Below are positions 56,216 through 64,000 of a stretch of DNA of 64,000 nucleotides, one piece after another; the first letter of the stretch is position 1; the number at the start of each line of letters is the position of its first letter. The stretch covers positions 17,174,001-17,238,000 of the forward strand of contig OZ024756.1 of NCBI GenBank assembly GCA_964016885.1. The letters run 5' to 3'. The translations under genes and the position numbers were made by a program. The DNA is from Eledone cirrhosa. Its lineage: Eukaryota. The notes beneath the pieces were generated by a model. It searched no databases, had not been told where the DNA came from, and was given only the letters and a program-made list of their open reading frames with translations.

Positions 56216-56374
56216 TCTCTTTACCCCTTTTTATTTTCTGTCACCTACCAGCTACAAATACAACCTGTGTGTGTGTGTGTGTGTGTATAAAAGGTAAACA
56301 GAAATAACAATACAATCGGTACAGTATATGGAAGGAATATATTAGGTTAATGGCTTGAAATAGCAGGAAGAGGG

Positions 56375-56410
56375 TCTTAACGTTTCGGACGCTAGTCCTT
56401 CATCAAAAGA
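56375..56410 (-). ncRNA. Degenerate minimal hammerhead motif
   Basis: tctt-TTGATGA-a-ggac-tagc-gtcc-GAAA-cgt-TA-aga; C3 reads U. Confidence 0.55.
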
Positions 56411-57034
56411 AAGAATGAGAAATAAGATAGATTGAGGGGACGGGCGGGTCACGGACATATGCCCCTGGGTGAGTTTGCTATAGGTTTACTTATTTTCCTT
56501 TTTATACTCTCGCACACATGTTTTCTATAAGTTCCATTAATAGATTTCTCTACTTCTTACATTCTTCACAAAACCAACTTCACACCATATTTCCTCATTT
56601 ATTTTATATATATATATATATTTTTAAATATATTTTTTATCTTTTTTTAATATATATTATCCCATTACCTCATTAATTCCTTGTAGCGCATGTCCCGTTT
56701 AACAATGCCTAAACAGCACACCCTACCTCCTACCCAATAATAAAATACTGTAATCTTTCATCTCATATACACCGCACCACCACCACATCCACACCACACG
56801 CAGCACCTCACCCTCTACACATACACACCAACATGTCTAGGGATAGCCAAAACGCCACCACGCCCCGCTACTCACATCAACTCGTCACTACGCTCACCAC
56901 CCACCCCACACTTATCATACATTCCAAAACATTCCTCGTAATTAATCCACCAATCAAAACAACACAAACTGACCAACATATGAACGCTACATGTTTTATA
57001 TGCCATGTATATTCATTGTCATTATTACTACAGA

Positions 57035-57124
57035 GGTCCGACGAGCTTTTGATTCGAGAGTTGGGTCAGATCAATACAGATCGAACTTTCAGCTGATCAG
57101 TAGCGAAACACGCCACGCGTCACC
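57035..57124 (+). ncRNA. Degenerate hammerhead motif with long stem II
   Basis: ggt-CCGACGA-gct...agc-GAAA-cacg-cca-cgcg-TC-acc; U4 reads C. Confidence 0.5.
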
Positions 57125-58469
57125 AACCAATAAACGTAATGAAGGAGTAACCATCCTTGTATTATTATTATATATATCTAGGCAAATAGATGTCTACGTA
57201 AGAACTGAATAAATCTCTTTTACTGCATCTTTCTGTTCTTTTTAATTCTTTATATATATATATATATATCATCATCATTTCATTTTACGTCCACTTTTCC
57301 CTGCTTGCAAGGGTGAGACGATAGATGATACATATGTGTAAAATTCTTTCGTGGATGTTAGTTCTTTACTGAGGAGAAACATCTTTTAGGGGTGTTATAA
57401 ATATATATTTTAACCAAATTTTATTTTTGTTTTATAAAAATTTCAAAAATTATAAAAATTGCAAATGTCCAAAGTTTTCTGCGGATCACCGGTTGGCGAC
57501 CACTGGACTAGAACATAAGATATGCAGTCACATAGATATAAGAGGGATAGAGAAAATGCTAACGAAGGGGGTCTTACAAACAAGTTTTTTACATGGTCAA
57601 TCAAATTGCTAGAAATAACAGCCAAATTTCTATGAAAATAAGCCCCCTATAGTCATGGACACATTATATAATGTAGTCATGGTTAGACTACATTGAAAAA
57701 ACAAATGATAATCATTGCTAGAATATCTTTGATATATAAATATGCTCAATGAGGGCCAACATGTTAAACATAACAAGAGAAGAAAAAAGGCATGAGAGAA
57801 GTGAAGCTGTTCACCCCCCACCCCATCATCGTTTAACATCCATTTTTCATGCTAGCAGGGGTAGGACAGCAGTCCCTTAGTGAGCAATCAGGTCAGAGGA
57901 CCTTGATTCGCACACATATACATTCACCATATAAAATCAAATTCATTTCCAACAATGGAGCCTCGACGCAGTCACTCAACCAGCTAGATATAACAACCAC
58001 ATTGCCCTCAAAATCACGTTGGATAATATGGTCATGGAGTTCAGGACACAGGGAAAAGACAGGATAGTCACAGCTGGAATGTCTTTGACCATATCTGTAC
58101 TTGATCAGCATTGACCTATATTACTGATGGCACACCTGCTGTTCTAATTTAGCCCCAGGCTAGCTCTGACCAAGCGGACCAATGACCAAAAAGTATTCTA
58201 GCCATTATCATCTAGTATTTTCTATCTGAGTAAATGTTGTCTTCCATTTCTAACAGGCGAAACAACTCCCTCATTGATCCATGCAATCGTGGTTCAATTG
58301 CTAACACATCAGGATTTTGTGTTGGTATTGTTCAGTTCCAGGTCAACCTCGATCTAGCGAAGCAATCATCGTACTAAATACACAAGAGCGCCTTGTCTGT
58401 CATTAATTATGCAATGTCCATGAATACTATACTCAGCTGTCAATAAAGTAATTTACCTTTACTTTAGCT

Positions 58470-59023
58470 CAGAGGTGCTCAAACATTTTGGGCCACTGGC
58501 CACTGCCCCCCCCCCCCCCCCCCTCTCACAGCCATGTAATACTGTCAGCGCCCCGCACCTCTATATCCAGAGAGACCTTGCCTACACATAAATTGTAAAT
58601 AATATATAATAAATAAAATCGTTTATTTATATATAATAAATAATTGTTTCTACTTTTGGCACAAGGCCAGCAATTGCCCAGTGTATTACTGGTACTTTAT
58701 TTTATCGACCCCGTAAGGATGAAAGGCAAAGTTAACCTCGGCAGGATTTGAACTCAGACCGTAAAGGGACGTAACTATGCTCGAAAGATGGCGTCCGACC
58801 CTCTACCAATACTGCCAATCCACTGCCCTATATATAATAAATAATATAATATATAATATGTATAAATAAATATATATTTTCTATTTTACTATATTTATAT
58901 ATATGTATCATTTGATATTTAATATACTATTATATCATCTCTACTCCCACATCACCGCATCCTTAGGCCCCAGCGCCCCCTCCCCATCCGGGGGTGGGGT
59001 AGCACCCACTTTGAGAACCTCTG
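58470..59023 (+). mobile_element. hAT (Charlie-like) MITE containing a nested SINE
   Basis: TIR cagaggtgctcaaa/tttgagaacctctg with perfect 8-bp TSD ctttagct. SINE at about 58645-58828 is flanked by atatataataaataat. The right half recurs at about 35375-35527. Confidence 0.85.
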
Positions 59024-59422
59024 CTTTAGCTGTTCTTGCTTAACCCCAGGTCAGGATTGATCAAACTAGCTATGATCAAGCCTTTCAACCATGACCGTCC
59101 TATATTTTCCTAGGTGAAGCACACCTAGGACCTCATTATCTAGTATATCCTTCTTTTAAGATGGTCGGGTGTAATTTGAAGGAGATTTGGCTGCTAATTC
59201 TATCAGGCCGTGAAACCACATAGAAGCTATCTTAGCTTTGCTGCAGTTTTAAGCATGTTCACACAACATATACTTCACATAGTAACATATTACTGAACTT
59301 GATAACCACAACAGACACTTGCAAAGACAAATAAAAAATATAAAATATATATGTGCTGTATGTGTGTGTATATATGTGTGCGAGTGGTGTGTGTGTGTGT
59401 GTGTATGTATGTATAGTGTGTG

Positions 59423-59465
<43 letters not shown>

Positions 59466-59669
59466 GACAATGGTTTCAACAGATGGTAATGACAGCTGTG
59501 TGGAGAATTTGAAATAAATTTTTCATTGGATGCCTTTGCCATTAATCAGAAAAAAAAAGTCTAGTCATGTGATAGCGAGCCTGGCCAATGGGAGATGAAT
59601 ACAATTTGTCTGTTGAGAACATCAATCTGTAGATAGCTGAGCTGTGTGTTTAACTAATCTAACTCCCTC

Positions 59670-59855
59670 ACTCTTGAAAGAACTTATCTTCTTATAGAAT
59701 TTGCAGCCCCAGCTGACAAACCCACTTCTCGAAAACACATTTGAGAAACTCAGTAAATACAAGAACTTTGTAATATAAATCAGCAGAATGTGGTATTTTA
59801 AAACAATTAGATTACCTGTAATTATTGGGGCACTAGGGGTGGTATCCAAGGGTTA
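59670..59855 (+). mobile_element. R4/Dong-like endonuclease C-terminal fragment
   Basis: Translates to EKLSKYKNFVI*ISRMWYFKTIRLPVIIGALGVVSKG. Confidence 0.65.
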
Positions 59856-60939
59856 CAAATGACAGCTGCCTGTCTGAGGAAGGAGCTCTGTGAGGTGAGG
59901 TGGCTGTTGTTGGCCATTGTCAGTGGGGCACAGCCGAAACACTGCTCTGACTTAGGTGTAGAGTCTGTCACCTTCTCCCATTCTACCTTTCGTTGCCTAA
60001 TAATTGTTGCTGTTTCTCTCCTTTCCCTCTCATTTATAGCATTTATAGTCCTTTCCAATACTACTTTCTTTTTCTATGTTTGACTAAATATTAACCTTTT
60101 AACATTCACATTGCTCTATATTTACTATTATATTTTTACTGTAAAGGCTTTATTTCACATAATTTTGAATCTGAGATTTTGATATGATTTATTTTGAGAA
60201 CAATACCTTAACATAAGTATGAACGGCCAATTACAGTCAGTTTGAACAGAAAGAGGTGAGAGAATTCTGGCCAGATACGGCCGGTTTAAATGCTAAAGGG
60301 TTAAACCCTTTATTATTTTTACGTAATTTGAAATAAAGTAATTTCTTTTATATAACAAAAATAATTGTTTCTACTTTTGGCACAAGGCCAGCAATTACCC
60401 AGTGCATTACTGGTACTTTATTTTATCTACCAACAAAAATAATACAATGAATTTAGATGTTGAATTAATTTTTAGTTCTCGTGTGATCATCATCATCATC
60501 ATCATGAAATATAATTTCCTCTATTGGAACAGTGAAAGGTTGATGAAGATCATGTTAGATATCAGTGATCACCAATCATGATTGGTTTTAGTTTCCAATG
60601 TTGCTGATTGACCAGGAAATGTCAACACAAGCACAATTACCTGTATGTCATAGCCTGTACACATGTCATAAGTCAGTTCCACCCCTTCAACCTTCCCCAC
60701 TTGTGTGTTTAGTCAGTTTATCTCTGTGCTACATGTCACTTACTTCTGTTCTGCAGTAGCTACATCTGAGCAATGTCACCGAATTTTGTGTCACACTTCT
60801 GCTCAATTAAGATAAACATGGACTACCTACTACCACCACCACAAAAATAACAAAAACAAAGGTACCACTCCCATGTCCTAATAGAAGTTCTAAACTACGA
60901 AACAAGTGTTGTATAAGAATGTAAAAAACAAAAATTCAG

Positions 60940-61375
60940 TTAACCCTTTAGCATTTAAACCACCGTATCCAGCTAGAATTCTCTCACCTCTTTCTGTTCA
61001 AACTGGCCGTAACCGGAAGCCCAACTGATGCATTCACATTACTCTATATTTACTATTGTATTTTTACAGCAAAGGCTTTATCATACATAATTATCTCACA
61101 TAATATTAAATCTACAAGATTTTGATGTTATTTATTTTGAAAACAATCCCTTAACATCAGTATGAGTGGCCAGTTACAGTTGGTTAAACAGAAAGAGGTG
61201 AGAGAATTCTGGCCGGATATGGCCGGTTTAAATGCTAAAGAGTTAAGGAATTGTTCTCAAAATAAATAATATCAAAATCTCGTAGATTTGATATTATGTG
61301 AGATAATTATGTGAGGTAAAGACTTTACTATGAAAACAATAGTATTTATAGCGTAATGTAAATGCTAAAGGGTTA
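60940..61375. mobile_element. piggyBac-like MITE nested inside an oppositely oriented copy
   Basis: A minus copy is split by a plus copy at about 61028-61246. Confidence 0.75.
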
Positions 61376-61994
61376 AAATGGAAAAGCAATTTTTAAGAAT
61401 CAAAATTCTATCAAACTCTAAGTACTAAGTTTTCTAAAGTAGGTTCCACAAAAACATTTAACGTTCATCTTTCCATGCTTGCAGCAGTCAGGCAGGCGTC
61501 TGTGTTGAGAGACAAGTCTGGCCAAAACTGACTATGCTGTACCTTGCTCCAACGAGACTGTAAATTTGGCTGGGATTTTTACAGCTGAATGCCCTTCCTA
61601 ACAGCAACCACACTAACAATGTGGAACTGGATGTCATTGTTATGAGGAGGGACAGGCCAGTTGAATGCGCCAAACCTTTCTCACAGCGGAACTTAACTTT
61701 GGGACTCGCACCCACAATTACAGTGTTCAACTGGATGACACTGCTATGAGGAGAGGCAGGCCAGTGGGCTGCACCAACCCTTCCCACAGCGGAACCACAT
61801 TTACAGTTTGGAATTGGATGACACTGTTATGAGGATTGACAGGCCAGTTGGCTGCGTTGAACCCCTCTCACAGTGGAACCATAGTTTGGGACCCACAACG
61901 ACATTTGCAGAGTGGAACTGGATATGGCACCACTATGAAGGGGTACAGGCCAGATGGCCATGCCAAACCCTTCTCACAGCGGAACCACATTCAC

Positions 61995-62770
61995 TTCTAA
62001 CATAGGCACAATGTCGCAAATTTGGAGAGTAACATAGGCATAATGTCACACATTTGGGGAGTAACAGACACAATGTCACCAATTTAGAGAGTAACATAAG
62101 CATAATGTCACACATTTGGGGAGTAACAGACTGTGTGTGTCACAAATTTGGAGAGTAACATAGGCATAATGTCACACATTTGGGGAGTAACAGACACAAT
62201 GTCACCAATTTGGAGAGTAACATAGGCATAATGTCACACATTTGGGGAGTAACAGACACAATGTCACCAAATTGGAGAGTAACATAGGCATAATGTCACA
62301 CATTTGGGGAGTAACAGACTGTGTGTGTCACCAATTTGGAGAGTAACATAGGCATAATGTCACACATTTGGGGAGTAACAGACACAATGTCACCAATTTG
62401 GAGAGTAACATAGGCATAATGTCACACATTTGGGGAGTAACAGACACAATGTCACCAATTTGGAGAGTAACATAGGCATAATGTCACACATTTGGGGAGT
62501 AACAGACACAATGTCACCAATTTGGAGAGTAACATAGGCATAATGTCACACATTTGGGGAGTAACAGACACAATGTCACCAATTTGGAGAGTAACATAGG
62601 CATAATGTCACACATTTGGAGAGTAACAGACACAATGTCACAAATTTGGAGAGTAACATAGGCATAATGTCACACATTTGGGGAGTAACAGACACAATGT
62701 CACAAATATGGAGAGTGATAAACACAATGTCACAAATTTGGGGGAGTAACATAGACACAATGTGTGACAT
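61995..62770. repeat. 62-bp higher-order minisatellite (dimer of 31-mers)
   Basis: Alternating gagtaacataggcataatgtcacacatttgg and gagtaacagacacaatgtcaccaatttgga units. Confidence 0.9.
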
Positions 62771-63169
62771 ACTGACACAGTGGACTAAATGAAGCTGAAT
62801 TGAACTGAGGACATAAAGATATGTAACCAGTAAATGCTGCAAGACATATTCCCTGGCATATACCAATTCTGTTACTTCACTGAATTACCTCACTATTAAC
62901 AACACTGGCATATAGCCACAAATTGCAGAAGAGTGCTGTAGTGAATTGATTTTATCCCTAGTATATGACTGCTAGCTGGTTAAATTGCCGGAGTAGTTAG
63001 AACGTCGGATAAAATGCTTTGTGGGATCTGTTCTGGCTCTCTGCTCTCTGAGTTCAAATCCCGCTAAGGTCAACTTTGCCTTTCATCCTTTTGCGGTCGA
63101 TAAAAAAAAAGTACCAACCTAGTACGAGGGTAAAATTCTTCCTCTATATCTCTTTCTCACTTTCTTTCT

Positions 63170-63655
63170 CTCATCTTAATCAAATACACACACACACGCA
63201 AACAACACCATACTACACTACACATAAACAACACCACACATCTTAATCAAACACACAAACACACACGCAAACAACACCACACTACACTACACATAAACAA
63301 CACCACACATCTTAATCAAACACACAAACACACACGCAAACAACACCATACTACACTACACATAAACAACACCACACCCCACATCTTAATCAAACACACA
63401 CACAAACAACACCATACTACACTACACATAAACAATACCACACCACACATCTTAATCAAACACACACAAACACCACACCTCACATAAACAACACCACACC
63501 ACACACAAACACCACACCTCACACAAACAACATCACACCACACACAAACACCACACCAACAACACCACACCACACATAAACACCACACCTCACACAAACA
63601 ACACCACACCACACACAAACACCACACCTCACACAAACAACATCACACCACACCA
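63170..63655. repeat. CA-rich low-complexity tandem repeat
   Basis: Directly visible. Confidence 0.9.
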
Positions 63656-64000
63656 ATATGAATCAACATCTTGCTATGGATGTCAATATTTCAGACATGG
63701 TAATTAAGCACAACAGTTACATATTGAAATAACATTCAATGAATAATCAACAGATGTTTTACAACAATTATAAATCCAAATCTATTAAAAATTGTTTCTA
63801 CTTTAGGCACAAGGCCAGCAAATTACCCAGTGCATTACTGGTACTTTATTTTATCGACCCCGTAAGGATGAAAAGCAAAGTCAACCTCGGCGGGATTTGA
63901 ACTCAGATCGTAAAGGGACATAACTATGCTGGAAAGCATGGCGTCCGACCCTCTACCGATACTGCCAATTACTAATGATTTCTACTAAAGGTCCAAGGCC

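Overview
AT-rich, repeat-dense animal genomic DNA; the SINE/MITE content suggests a coleoid cephalopod, probably an octopod (inference). The window holds most of a capicua (cic) gene, long isoform, on the minus strand. Ten coding exons run from 38977 to 2994, all with GT-AG borders and consistent phases, giving 2057 spliced codons. They encode the N-terminal Tudor-like/DUF4819 region, a C2CH motif, an Ataxin-1-binding motif, the RSK/14-3-3 site and the HMG box; the 3' end lies beyond position 1. Introns and upstream DNA are filled with tRNA-derived SINEs, piggyBac-, hAT- and Tigger-type MITEs, fragments of RTE, R4/Dong and CRE LINEs, a Tc1/mariner-superfamily transposase fragment and several minisatellites. 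The most notable unexplained structures are: (i) an inverted copy of the cic exon-10 splice acceptor plus 44 nt of exon, held between MITE parts in intron 1 and able to pair with the real exon in the pre-mRNA; (ii) at least seven hammerhead-ribozyme-like motifs of the Penelope/retrozyme type, two of them in a 114-bp-arm hairpin whose cic-sense copy has a mutated catalytic core; (iii) an R4/Dong LINE and a SINE inserted in the same TAA microsatellite that forms a cic splice acceptor. All calls are by eye, without database searches.
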